Of a stretch of 54,496 bases of DNA, positions 11,874-24,800 are shown piece after piece. The notes under the pieces are model-generated. The model had not been told where the DNA came from. It saw nothing but the letters and a program-made list of their open reading frames with translations, and did no database searches. Both the position numbers and the translations under genes were made by a program. Each line of letters opens with the position of its first letter. Positions within the stretch are counted from its first letter, which is position 1. The stretch is taken from NCBI RefSeq assembly GCF_000281045.1, contig NW_008246095.1, positions 445,197 through 499,692 of the forward strand, read 5' to 3'. Origin of the DNA: Saprolegnia diclina VS20 (taxonomy: Eukaryota).

Positions 11874-14800
11874 TTACAGCTTCTTTCGCCGGTTGGAGAA
11901 GACAAGCGCCGAAAACATGAGCGAGTCGCAGTGCGGCACGGCGCGGGCCTCGGACTGTACATGGCCAATCTCGCCAAAGGCCGTGAGCCCGAGGAGCCCG
12001 GCGGGCCCCGCCCACTCCTTGTAGGCGCCAACCATGCCGGCCATGCTCTGCGACCCGAGCACGACTTGCATGCCGGTTGAGAGAAAGAGGAGGGTGCCCA
12101 CGACCTCGCGCACGTGGAACTTGTTGGCGGCTGCGACGCGCACGCCCATCTACACGGCGACGCAATGAGACATCTCCAACAGCATCGATCGCGTACGTTG
12201 GCGACGGCGTCTTGCAGCGTCGTTGGCGACGACTCCATGAGCGCCACGTACGTGCCTTCGGGAATCGGCGTCGTCGTAGCGACAGCGCCGGTCGCGTCGT
12301 CAAGCCCGACAATCACGGGGGTTGAGTGCACGCTGTTGTCGTTGAGGAGGCACCCGAACGGGTGGATGTAGCCGAGCCGCGGGAAGCGCGACGTTAAAAA
12401 GTCGGTCTGGCACTTCTCCGACGCGACGCGCAGCCACGCCTTGTACATGTGGGCGGCCGGCCGGTCGTCGATCGCGTAGATGGTCTGCTGCTCCGTGTCG
12501 GCGGCCGTGACCATGCCCGAGCAGAGCTCGCCGTCGTCGCTCACGAGCGGCTTGTAGCCGCTGAACCAGTCGACGACGGTCTCGACGCTCGGGTAGCACA
12601 AGGCGATCGCGGCACCAATGTGGCTGCCGTTGCCGCCCATGCGGCCGCCGTGTCGCCGAAAGCCGCCACTGCAACTGCCAAGTTGAACTAGCCACCGGTC
12701 AGCGCTCGTCCGAAGAGTGGAGCACGAGAGAACGTACGTAGTCGGTCGCGGTTGGACGAGACGGCCGAGCAGCCGCCGAGGATCGGGCAGTTGACACCGG
12801 CGCGAATCCCTGCAAGGGCTTCGTCAATCCCGAGCGGCGACGCATATACGACGCAAAAGTCCTGCATGTCAACATGGCGTGGGCAATTGAGATCCAAGTG
12901 GGGCACGTACGGGGCTCTGCGTGCTCGCGACAGGAAGCGCGGTTTGGGCGTACCCGAGCGCGGCCTGCGTGGCCTTGAACGCTTTCGCCTTGGCCGACGA
13001 CTCGGTGTAGTCGACGTAGCTCACGGCGTAGCTTCCCTCGGGATCGTGCACGCCCCAGAGCGCGACCAGCGTATCGCGCTTGACCGAGACCCACGCGGTC
13101 TCGTCACAGATCCCGCGGCCGATCGTGCCGCCGACAAAGGGCACCCCCGGCGCTAGCTGCTGGAGGCGGTGCAGGACGTACTGGCCGTCGCAACCCTCCG
13201 AGTACGAGACGACGAGAAAGTCGACGCTACCACGAAGCTTCCCAATGAGCTCCTTGAACGCCACGTCGATCGCATCTACGAGCGCGTGAGCACGACTGAA
13301 ACAGTAACGGCGTCATCGTGTACCCGATTCCGGCGTCTTGACGGCCCACGCCGACGCCACGCGCACCGGCGAGGTCTCCACCGAAGAGGTCCGTCGGCGC
13401 GGCGGCGTCGGCGGCGAGTCGAGCGCTGCATACTTGCGGTCAATGGTCAGCGGTGGTCGGTACTCGGGCCCTCGGTCCGACTGGCTGCGCTGGATGCTTC
13501 GGCGGCCACCGTCGTCGTCGTAGAGCCGGACAGGCCGCGGCTCCTCGCGTCGATGCCAGGACGTAGCACGCGTCCGTGGCGACGGTGGCCGGTGCGCCAA
13601 CTGGATCGGCTCTGGCTCGATCGGCGGCGGTGTTGGCACCCGACGGCGCATTGGCTCGTACGGCTCAGGCGGTGGCGGTGTGGCTCGCGACCTTCTTGAG
13701 CCCAGCGAGCTTGCTTGGTGCTCGGAGTGGAGGGGGCTCGAGGCCGGTCGCGACCGCGGTGTATGGTCACTGGACTCGAAGCTGCGATCTTCAGAGCCTT
13801 CCGAGATGCGGTTGGCGAGGTTGTCGCCGCCCGTGAAGCGTGCTTGCGAGATGGTCGAGCGCGGCGACGCATTGCCGTCGGGCTCGAGCCACACAAAGAG
13901 GTCGTTCTCATCAATGTCCAAATCACCGGTTTGGTTCATTTGGCCTTGGCGCTCGAGGAGGCAGCGGCAGCAGAGCCGAATGTCGGCTTGGATGTACACG
14001 GTCTGGACGTTGTTTCGGTCTGGAATCGAGTGCTGGGACGACGCTGGTAGAATGTTGGAGCACTGGTCGCAGACGACTTCGCCACACACGCGGCAGTGGT
14101 GGCGTCGACGAAAGAACGACAGGAACGGCCGGTCGCAGATCGAGCAGAACGGCCGGTCGCTGTCCGGCACCCACGCAGCAGTCTGTACAAAGTTCATGTC
14201 GAGTGTGACCGACTTGACGGTTTGGAGTGCGTCGCGAAAGCCTTTTGCGAGCTTGAGCACCATGTCTTGTGCCGGGTTCTTGAAGCCGAGGTCGAGGAGC
14301 GACGGCATGCGCTGGAGCGCCACCGACATGAGCACGTTCTCCGAGCCGTTCAGACGCGCGCCGCGTTCAAACTTCATGATGAGCGCGTCGATCTGCATGC
14401 GCTCGTAGTGTGCACTGTCGCTCGGCGCACGGACGTTGGTCGACTCGGGCAGCGATTCTTGGAAGAGGTAGCAGCACTTCAAGCGGCCATGCTCGAGGAC
14501 GAGGCCGATGAACTCGAGCACGAGGTGGTCGAGGGGCTTGTGGAGCTTGGACTTGCCGGCGGTCGCGTACCACTTCACGGCCATGCGCTTGTGCGTCGGG
14601 TGGAATGCCGAGACGCCGGACGTGGGCACGTCAATGGCGCCGGACGCGTCCGGTGGGATCGTCGCGACGACCGCGGCGTCGACGAACGTGTCTTGAAAGA
14701 CCTCCTGCGTGAACGTATGGCACGCTTCCGTGTGGTCGTTGGAGAAGAGGCGCTTGACGAGCGTCGGCAGCTTCGTCTCGATGGACGCGACGGCCTTGTT

Positions 14801-14980
14801 GGCGACAAAGACCTTCCAGTCGGCCGTCGTCTTGGCCAGCGCGATGCCATCCTTGGCGCCAATGTCTTGCCAGCACGAGCCACTGGACGTCGCCTCCGTG
14901 AGCATCTGCAGCGCAGCGTTCGCTCGGCGCTCGGCGATCGCGCCCAGCGAGTGGAACCGCGCGTCGCCCTCTCCGCGCAT
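11874..14980 (-). CDS. START-like + FYVE zinc finger + FIST (FIST_N/FIST_C) fusion protein
   Basis: FYVE: WVPD...CSIC...RRRHHCRVCGEVVCDQC...RLCCRC. A 48-nt GT-AG intron (gtacac...ctcgtag, ~13275-13322) joins this exon in frame to FIST-like sequence: PGVPFVGGT, PILGGCSA, FSGYKP, IYAIDDRPAA, GLTAFGEIG, SLMFSALVF. Three further short introns. The start at ATG 14980 is the most plausible one. Confidence 0.8.
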
Positions 14981-15648
14981 GCTGCTGCCGTAGGGACAAT
15001 GATAAGCCGCCTGGCGACGAGGTGGGCGAAACCTAGGTTTTGCCCAAGATACGTGTCGCACCTGCAAAGTATACTCAAACCAAGCTTGGCGCTGATAGTG
15101 AAAAAGGCGCGAGGTACGACGATCGCGCCAGCTGGCAGCATGTCGCTGACACGCTGAGGAGCAGCGATTGCAAATCGGACCAACGGCCATTGGCCACGAA
15201 GCCGTCGCTTGTGCAACTGCCGGCGCTTGCGTCAACCACCAACGACCCTCCCTCGACCCACCAAGGGTGCAGCAAGTCCAGCCGCGGTCGCATCCAGCGC
15301 CGGTGCTCCAGCTCAACGAGGTCGACGCACGGCCCTATGGTTTTCAATCATCGCTCGCAGGACAAGGTAGAGAGCTCCAAGCTGGATGACGCTATGAGCT
15401 AGACAATAGCTTGCAGTTGGGCGGAGCAGCTCGTCGATGGCGCGCTGTCACGTCGTCGTCTAGGATTAAGGACGCCTGCGTGGTTGCAACGAACGCGCCG
15501 TGACGAGGACGGTGACGAGGGCAGTGCGGTGGCAGTCATCCGAGAAGGCCATTGGCTATCTTTTTAACCAATCACGGTGGCGCAAATGACCATCATTCAC
15601 CATAGTGCTCATATTGGGCTCGACGTTGCATTGCGCCGTTGAATCGCG

Positions 15649-18600
15649 ATGGCCGGGACGTTGCCCTTTGGAAGCTTCTGCGCGCTCCTCGAGCGCGTCG
15701 CCAGCACGAATAAGAGCGAGGCCAAGCTCAAGCTCATCTTCAGCGCTGAGCTGCGCGCAGCCTGCGGCGGCGGCTCGGTGTACCCGCTGCTGCGGCTGCT
15801 CCTGCCACACCTCGACCGCGACCGGACGTACAAGCTCAAGGAGAAGAAGCTCGCCGCGCTGTACGTGGAGCTCCTCGGCATCAGCGCCAATAGCGGAGAC
15901 GGCAAGATGCTATTGCATTGGACGGACCCGACAATTGTGACGACGCGGGCGGTCGGCGACTTTTCGTCCGTGGTCCAGCAAGTGATGCAATACCGAGCCA
16001 AGCCCTGCGATGCGTCCGTGACCCTTAACGATGTCAATGGGCTCCTTGATGCGCTCAACCGGGTGCACACCGTCGATGCGATGACTGAGAAGAAGCGCGT
16101 GCTGCGGCAGATGCTCACGCGCTTCTCGGGCGAGGAGCAGAAGTGGCTTGTCCGCATGATCCTCAAGGACCTCAAGATTGGACTGCGCCACGAGCGTGTG
16201 CTCGCTTTCATCCACCCGGACGCACCCGAGATGTTCAACCACACGAACGACTTGGCTCGCGTACGGTTCTCGCTTATTTCGAAGGTCCAACTCTACTGGC
16301 CTGTAGGTTTGCGACGAGCTCACCGACTCGCGCGTCCGCTACGTCCCGGCGATTACGCCCGGCCAGGTCTTTACGCCGATGCTCGCAAAACGCGTGTCCT
16401 TTGGCGAGTGCACCCAAGCGATGCAGTCGAATGCATTTTACATGGAGCCCAAGCTCGACGGCGAGCGTATCACGTGCCATGTACAGCGCACGGCGTGTGG
16501 CGGCCGCTCGACGCAGCTCATTACGCGCAACGGCACCAACTACACGGACAAGTACGGTCCGGCCATCGCCTCGTACATTGAGGCCCAAGTACGCCGTTGT
16601 TTGCAATCAACAGGGTAGACTCGAGGCGTAGGTACACGCGGCGTACGACTGCATTCTCGATGGCGAGATGCTCGTTTGGGACAGCGTCGCGTTCAAGTAC
16701 GAGTCGTTTGGATCACTCAAGACGGTCGCGATCGAGCAAGCCCAAGGGTACACCGTCCTATACGCGCAGAGAAAAGTTATGATATGATCGTTCTAGCAAA
16801 AACCCTGGACAATGGCTCTGCTATGTCGTCTGGGACATCGTCTACTGCGGCGGCGACGGTGCGGCTGCGCTCATCCAAAAAGCCTGCCCCAATGTCGCGT
16901 CGACGTCGACCAACATCATGGGTACCGCGATGAAAACTCGTCCCAGCTGAAACGAGGATTAGGGTTACCGCTTTCTGCACGCCTCTCAGTTCTGGATGCA
17001 GTTTTGACGCCGCTGACGCACCGCGTCGAACGCATCGAGCAAGTCCTTGTGCCCGCATCAATGCCGGCGCAGGCCCGACACGAGCGCGTCATGGCCGAAG
17101 TCGACGCCCGCTTGCTCGCCGGCTACGAGGGTGTGATTCTCAAGGACGCCACGTCCCACTACATGTGCGGGGAGGTCGGTCGAAAGAGCCAGCGCTGGGT
17201 CAAGCTCAAGCCCGATTACGCCGGCATGACCCGCCAACTGGACGTGCTTGTCATTGGCGGCTACTACGGCTCGGGCAGTCGGCGCGGCGGAGCCGTCTCC
17301 CATTTTCTTCTCGGTGCGATCCGTCGCTTGTATCGGTGACGTCATATGACGTGCTAGGGGTACTCGAGCGGACGCCAAAGGACACGGATGCGTCGCTACC
17401 CGTGGTGTCGTTTTGTAAAGTGGGCTCGGGGTATTCGTTGCCAGAGTTGGAGGCGCTTCGCGAGCGTCTCGCGCCGCACTGGCGCCCGTGGGAAGCCGGC
17501 AAGGTACCCGCTCGCGGTTCGCTGCGATGTCGTATCAAGGCACATGTAGCTACCAGGGCACTTTGAAGGCTGGACACCCAAGGCTGACTCCCGCCCAGAC
17601 GTGTGGCTAGCCCCCGAAGACTCGGTTTGCGTCGAGATTTACGGCTTTGAGCTCACGTACTCGAGCGAGTACCAAACAGGCTTGACGCTCCGCTTTCCGC
17701 GCGTCAAAGCGATTCGGTACATTTCTATCGCGTCTTCATCTATTGGATATTGGCTGTAGCTATGACAAGAACTGGACTGAGGCGCTCACTCTCTCGCAGC
17801 TCAATGCGCTCAAGGGCCAGCAGTTTAGCCAAAAGCGCGCGATCGATGTAGCATTTGGCCACAAGGACACGGCGAAGCGCAAGGCGACACCGCAAAAGAC
17901 CAAGCGGTCGGCTTTGGACCGAGGACATGTCGGTGTTGCGCTTCAATACACACAGGCCAACCTCGCCGAGGTCGAAGAAGCCTCGTCGCTGTTTGCAGGT
18001 ATCAACTCCGATTCGAGTATGCTGTCTTTCAAATGCACATAGGGGCTACGTTTTGCGTGCTCCCTGGCAAGCTTGGCACGCTGGACAAGCCGGGTCTCGA
18101 GCAGCTTCTGCACGCCCACGGCGCCACGTGTGTGCAGAACCCGCACCCTGCGCTGCATCCGCCAGCGACGACGTGGATTGTGGCGCCGCATGCCGACGGA
18201 CTGAAAACACGCAACTACATCAAGCAAGGCGTGTACGACATTCTGCACGCCGAGTGGGTCCTCCGTAGTGTCGACGCCAGCGTACGCGTCCTCGGGAGCG
18301 ACTATTTCCACGCATTTTTGGATAGAGCTTAGTCGCCAAGCGCGCGACCGACTATGTATTTGCGACGGCGCCAACGGCGGCACTCCTCACGACACAGTAC
18401 GATGCGTACGGCGACCATTATACGACGCCGCTGACGATGGACGATCTCGACCGCCTCTTGCAGTCGTCGGCGTTTCCAGCGCCGCTGCCGCACCCGTGGC
18501 AAGACCTCGCTGCGACTCTCGACGGTGACGAGCAAGCCGCGATCACGTGCCCGACCAACTGTCTCTGGCACTGCGTCGTGTACGTCGACCAGTTTGCATC

Positions 18601-18925
18601 GATCGTGACGGACGACGATTCGTCAGTATTGCCCGCGCGGGTGGACCGGACGTCTGATATGCATCACATTGCCCAGTGCATTGCTCTCTTTGGCGGCCAA
18701 GTCGAAACAGCGCTCTCGCACCGGGTCACACACGTGGTGCTGCCGGACGGGCCGATGACGGCAGAGCGTCTTGCGCTCGTGCGTCCGTGGATCCAAGCCC
18801 GACGCCGCACTGCGGGGAGCGAGCCGGTCGTTGTCACGTCCAAGTGGGTCGTCGCCAGCATCCGCGCCCGAGAGCAGCTACCCATGGAAGGCCACGAAAC
18901 GTCTGCATTTCAGCTGCCGTGCTAA
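15649..18925 (+). CDS. LIG4: DNA ligase IV (NHEJ), multi-exon
   Basis: LRLLLPHLDRDR, EQKWLVRMILKDLKIG, EPKLDGER (adenylated Lys), ILDGEM, EGVILK, WVKLKPDY, KVGSGY, TLRFPR. Two C-terminal BRCT domains flank an XRCC4-binding-like DAYGDHY segment. Confidence 0.95.
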
Positions 18926-18982
18926 GATGGTCAATATGCATGTATTACTTCGCACCATCCGAGATCTTGTTGCGGGCTGTGT

Positions 18983-19306
18983 TTACAAGGCACCAGCGGT
19001 TTTGAGAAGCGGTACGAGCTTGCCGGCCTTCTGGAGCGCCGCCGTGTCGGAGCCGCCACCAATGGACTTGCCGTTGACAAAGACGTTGGGCACGGTGCGC
19101 TGGCCCGTGAGCTGGAAGCAGGCGTTCTGGACGTCGTCGCCCGTGGGCTCGTCGCCCATTTGGTTGAGCTCGACGACGTGGAAGCGCGCGCCGACAGAGC
19201 CGAGAACGTCCTTGGCCATGCGGCAGTACGGGCACGTCGTCTTGCTGAAGACGACGACGCCGTGCTGCGAGATCAAGCTCTTGACAAATTGGACGCCCGA
19301 GACCAT
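18983..19306 (-). CDS. Dithiol glutaredoxin (CPYC)
   Basis: VVVFSKTTCPYC, GQRTVPNVFVNGKSIGGGSD. Likely start ATG 19306 (MVSGVQFV), preceded by an INR-like GCCCACTTCGCGAATT. Confidence 0.93.
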   Translation of the reverse strand: MVSGVQFVKSLISQHGVVVFSKTTCPYCRMAKDVLGSVGARFHVVELNQMGDEPTGDDVQNACFQLTGQRTVPNVFVNGKSIGGGSDTAALQKAGKLVPLLKTAGAL

Positions 19307-19362
19307 TTTGGAATTCGCGAAGTGGGCCACCACGCATGGCATCCTTTCTGCAGCGGCATGTG

Positions 19363-19399
19363 ATTGGCGGAAATCCAAACAATCGTCGCACAGGATTGG
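19363..19399 (-). promoter_or_regulatory. Pair of CCAAT boxes, 32 bp apart, upstream of glutaredoxin
   Basis: ATTGG at 19363-19367 and 19395-19399, with a third at 19419-19423. Confidence 0.6.
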
Positions 19400-20035
19400 C
19401 GGCTCTCTGCGCGATACCATTGGTCAATGTCGGATCTTGAAGCGTTGTTTTCAATCAAGTACCGGTAGTTCCAGTACTAACTAGTTCCTGATAGCTTTAG
19501 AGGTGCGACGCAAGGAACGTAGCAAGGAAAGAGGCATCTTTATGGAAGTGAGCAGCTTTATTGGCAGCGCCGCGAAGGTAGGTTCTGAACACAAGTTGAC
19601 AAGGCCAACTATGACGGTTCTTTCCCATAAGATCTGTATACACCTAGCTGCATCGTATTTAGATCGCGCGTCGACTCCACGAACGAGAGTCCGACTTGCT
19701 CGAGACGCTAGTCTTAACGATGTACGCTAGTAGTGATGGAGAGAACGAGCGAACGGGTTCGCCTCAATTCATCCTCTCTGATGCAGGCAGTAGCTTCACG
19801 CTATCAAGCTGCATACGATCCTAGAGCGCCAATGATGACGGTCCATTGTGGACGGCCGCGTTGGGTGCGTGCCGTTGTGCGAAATAGCGTTGGCGCCGTT
19901 TTCCGGATACGGCGGCCAAGAATAGCCTGTCGCCGGATGGCGGCCTGGCCAGAAAGGCGGCTGCAAACAGTTTCGGTTGCGCCTCGTTGCGGAAGTCAGT
20001 TGCAGCTTGGCTTGCGGTCGCGTGCTTGAGCCAGC

Positions 20036-21594
20036 ATGTTACCTGCGCTCACGACCAAGCCCAAGCAGCCCATCAAGCAGATCAAGGGCCTCAGCAACGA
20101 CTCGATCGACGCCTACGCGAACGCGCCGGTCACATCGTCGTCGACGTCCTATGTCGACAACAGTGACAAGACGCCCAAGACCGCTCGCGAGGCAACGCCG
20201 CCCGACGACGAGAATGCCTCTTTCAGCGTCACCACCATGGCGCGAGCGCTTCGCGACCGCAAGCCCAAGAACGACGAGGAGCTCACGCTCAAAGCCGGCG
20301 ACCTCCTCACGGTCCATTCGTCGAAGAAGACGGGCTATTTAAAGTGTGAGTGCAACGGCAAAGTCGGCTATGTGCCTGCATCGTACGTCGAGTTTCTCGA
20401 CAAGGATGGCGCCGTCACCGAAGCGCCGTCGTCCCCACGCAAGAAGAAGAAAAAGGCCAAGAAGAAGAGCCAGAAGAAGCGCCATTCGTCTGACGAAGAC
20501 GAGGACGACGTCGACATTGAAGAGGACGAGGAGGTCGAGACGCCGCGCAAGTCGGCGCGCAAGACCAAGCCCAAGAAACGCGCGGATGACGACGACGAAG
20601 AGGTCGACAACGACGAGGCCGAGACTCCGCGCAAGTCGAAAAAGAAGCACCGACGCAAACGCCACCACTCGCGCAAGAAAGGTCATAGCAGCAGCGAGTC
20701 GAGCAGCGATGGCGACACGACGCGGCGCCGGTCGTCGCGTCACCGGCGTCATCGGTCCCGGCGTCGGCATGACGACGATGAAGACGACGACGAATCGCGT
20801 TCGAGCGATGACGCATCGGACCGCGAATCGCGCTCAAGGCGACGAAAGCACAAGCCCAACAAGGATGGCGAGAGCGACCCAGAGCCGGAGAAGACGAGCA
20901 AGACGCCCGACAAGAAGAAGGCCCATGACGAGAGCGTGTCCAAGGGTAACAAGGAGGCCAAGCTCTCGACCGAAGCCGAAGAAGTCCCAGACGAGATAGC
21001 ACATTGCCACAAGGAAGACAAGTCGGTCTCGTCGTCGACGACGACAGCGACGGCAACAACGACGACGGCAACGACGACGACCACCAGTACGACGGGGTAT
21101 CTGACGCGGGAGCAGCAGCAAAAGAAGGACGAGCTGCGAGAAGAAGCGAGCACGGGCAGCACGAATGCGTCCGGGAAGAACGGCAACAAGAGCACGATTG
21201 GCAAGATGCAGGACAAGATGCGGTCGATTCTCGGCAAGAAGGAAGGCAATGGCACGACCAAGAAATCGTCCCGCTCGAAAACGCAGTCCAATGGCATTCT
21301 CAACGCTTGTCCGGGCACAGTCCAGGGCGAAGAGGGCTGGTACGAGCACGGCGAGTGCGAGCGCTACTACTTCATTCTCGTCGACGGCAAGTGGAGCTTG
21401 CTGTACGGCCCGATGACAGACGACGACTACGAGCTCTTTTGCAGCAAGGTCCGTGGTCGTTTGCTTCTCCTTGGTGTTTCATGGGGCTGTAGGTGCTCGA
21501 GTACGACCTCATGATTGAGCTGCCGCCGACCCATCTGCACAAGCACGGGTACTATCTGGACAAGGACTTCAAGGTGCGGTATATCAAGCCGTAA
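20036..21594 (+). CDS. SH3-domain protein with long charged low-complexity linker and small C-terminal domain
   Basis: ARALRD...DEELTLKAGDLLTV...GKVGYVPASYVEFL, followed by K/R/D/E/S/T-rich tracts. A 44-nt intron (21449-21492) leads to the last exon, ending TAA 21592-21594. Confidence 0.8.
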
Positions 21595-21823
21595 CAGTGT
21601 CGTCGACGCGACGTAGCGCTATAGTTAATATATATACGACCCCCTCTTTTGAATGTGCACATAATGCGCTAAGTCCGATTCCGATCCTGAGCTATTGTCG
21701 GCTACAACCGAGCTATGGCTATCGGCAACACTGAAACATCATCGAGCACTTCAAATCTCAACGCAACAAATGGCTCGTGAATGCACCGGTTTTGATTTTG
21801 AAATATGCAGTTGCAAGTCTTTG

Positions 21824-24800
21824 CTACTCATGATCGTCGCGGGCGACTTGGGGTGGGAAGAAGAGCCGGGGCGGAATCCGCGCAATCTTCTTCTTGGGCT
21901 CAAACCACTTGGACGGCGACTTGATGAGTTCGCACACCTCCTCTGTCAGTGTCGCCTTGCGCGGTTGGAGCTTGTGCTGGAGCTGAAAGATGGGCAGCGC
22001 CGGTCGCGACGCTTCGCCCTTGGTCGCCTCGGCGTCAAACGACCACGTCACGGAGCGCTTGAGCGGGGAGACGTTGGCTTTCGTGGCGGTCGGCGGCGAC
22101 AGCGACTTCCACGTTTCGACCTCGGTAGAAATCGGTGCCGACACTTCCGGCTCTTCGATCGAGAGGCCCGGGCGGAGCTCGTTGAGCATCGACTTGCGAC
22201 GGCCTTTGCGCCACTCGGTGAGCTGCGCCGCTGAAAACGCGTCGTTGTTCTCGGCTTCGTCCGCGGGCTTGATGATCTCTTTCGAGCCGGCAATGCCTTC
22301 GGTGTGGTGCGCCATTTCTTCGAGAATCTCAGGTGTCCGATGGATGCTGAACGTCCCTTCCTTGTGCATTTGAACAAGCTCCTCGAGTTGTCGCCCGTGC
22401 GGCAGCCAGTGCGTCGTCACGACACGGTACGCCTCTTGGTGTCGCGTGCTGAGCCCTACATGCCGATCGGTTGATACACGTCATAGATAGTGAGTCCCTA
22501 TCGAGCTGTACCCTTCGGCGTGACGCAGTGCTGCTGGATGAGGTGCAGAAGCTCGGGCGTGCGCTCCGAGTGCAGCTTGCGATTGTTGATGCACCGCTCG
22601 GCGTGTTCGACGAGCTCCTCGAGCAGCGCCATGTTTTCGTTGAACCGAAACAGAATATTTTCCAGTGCATCGTTCTCACGGAGGCGCAGCTCGAAGCACT
22701 TTTCGTTGATTTCTTTGAGCAGCCGCTCGGCGTTGGTCATGTGCATCTTGTTCTCGCCGGCCATCAAAATGAGCTGATCCAGAAGGACCTTGACGCCGAC
22801 ACCAATGTCACTGGGCAGATCGCACCAGCCGCGTCCGAGCGTCCACCACCGGTCGCGGATCGTCAGCGCCGCCGAGACCCACTGCAGTCGCTGGAGGTAA
22901 TACTTGCTTTTCGCGCTCCGGAGCTCGACCGGCGTGTCGTCGTTGCCGAGGAGCCAGTCGACCATGACGTACCCCAATGTGAGCTTGCTCCGGTTGAGTG
23001 GCAGCGCCGTCGTGCTCAGCAGCTCCCGTGGCACTTCAAACGGCATCGCATCGACGGCACCGAGGTTGGTCGCGACGCGCCCTGTGAACGGCAACCTCTC
23101 TTGGAAGGTGATCGCGGTCGTCCGGAGCGCGGCATAGTAGGCCATGGCGGGTGCGTTGCCGCCGCTCGGGCACTGCGCCAAGAGCTTCTCGGTCGGCGCA
23201 TTGATGAGACGGGACTTGGCAGCACCGAGGAGCTCGTCACGCGTGAACGCCGTGGCCGGAAGCCGCGCCTTGTACTTTTGAAGGCTCAGCGCCATGTCTT
23301 CTTTGGTCAGCACCTGGTCCCGGGGCACACCGACGAGTGCCCGCGCGCAGCGGTCCAAGGCCGCGTACGAAGCGAGCTTGATGCAGTACGTTTCGTGCAC
23401 GAGGAAGGCGTGGAAGCGGTCGACGAGCGCGTCGTTGTTGCCACTCATGTCGAGTTCGACGACGTCTGCTGTCTCTTCCAACAACACCGGCGACGCCACT
23501 GGGAACGTCTTGATGAGCGAGTTGCGCTTCCGCATCGCCTCCATGAGCAGTTGTTTCCGAAGGAGCTCGACGTGGCTGTCGACAATGCCGAGCGGCGACG
23601 GACCATTCCCGAGCGCGCCGTGGGACACGGTGTTGACACGGACGCCGCGGACGTACTGCGCGTCGCCTTTCTTGTCCAAGTGACGCGCCACCAGAGCGTC
23701 TTGGATGTCGGTAATCTTGACGGGAAGCGGCACTTCGGTGACTTGGTGCGCCACGAGGATCGAACACACTTTCTCATAGCTCGCGTTGGCCGGTACGGGA
23801 ATGGTGCGTCGCGTGAGCTCTTCCTTCTGCAACGTCGTCGCGAGTCCTTTCAGGAGCGCGTCGAGCTCGGTCGTCGCCAAGCCCCGGCGCTGGCACTCGA
23901 AGAGGAGGTCTTTCATCGTGCTTGGGATTGCCGTCTCTTTGTTTTCGTTGACGCAGTGCTTGACCTAGTCGATGTTGAGTCGCAAGAACCGACCACCGTT
24001 CCAAGTACCTTCCAGAGCAAGTCGCCTTTGCCGACGTCCTCGAGCACCGTCGAGAGCTCGACGACGCGCTCAGGGTTGCGCAACAGCTCGTTCTTATCGA
24101 CGGCCGCGTCCAATGCATCAATCTCGTCCAGCACGACTTTGGGCCACTGCCCCGTTGCCTTGCGAATGCGAGCAATCTCATGCCACGGCATCGACCTACA
24201 CACCGTGAGGCGCTCGAAAGAGGAGATGCAGCACGTACGCAGGAAGCACGCCTCGGTCCATGAGCGCTGCGCGGACGTTCTCAGCATTCATGCGCATCTC
24301 ATCTTTGGTGATGAGAAGGCGCGCGTCGCGGCCGTTCTCGGAATACTTGAGCCAGTTGTCGCGCGCAATGTCCGTCGTGATGCGATGGTGGGGCAGGCGA
24401 ATGAGCTCGCGCTTGGCCTCTTCGTGCGCGTACCACTCGAGCATGCCCTCGACCTGCTCGTGGTCGTGCTCGACGCTCAAGTCCTTGGAGCGGACGAGGT
24501 CGTGGTCGCGAATAAGGAGGAACTTGCGCAGCGCATACGGCGTCTGCTTGCAGTGGATCTTTTGGCTTTGCTGCATCTCGAGAAAGTCATGGAGCCAGTG
24601 CTCGACTTGAGCCCAGCGCTCCTTGACGGCACCGAGCGCTTTAGCATCCACGTCGCTAAACCCTTCGCACTGCTCGTCGAGGAGCCGGAGGAGGTCGTAC
24701 GTTCGGCGCCAGTGCAGCCCATGCGTCTCCATGAGCCGCAGCTCGTTGATCGGGCCGTCGTGCTTGGTGAGTGCGATCCAGCGAAACTGAACTGCGGCCA

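Noticed and set aside
14981..15316. N-terminal extension of the FYVE ORF (likewise the extensions of the DDX46, bZIP, glutaredoxin and TYW ORFs)
   Set aside because: These extensions cross promoter-like sequence, and the downstream ATGs fit family starts and codon bias better.
21029..21095. (ACG)n-like repeat tract
   Set aside because: It encodes the Ser/Thr low-complexity linker of the SH3 protein and is not an array or CRISPR.
21690..21735. GGCTA/AGCTA-rich stretch loosely similar to 46130-46180
   Set aside because: Too short and degenerate. No terminal inverted repeats or target-site duplications support a MITE or ncRNA.
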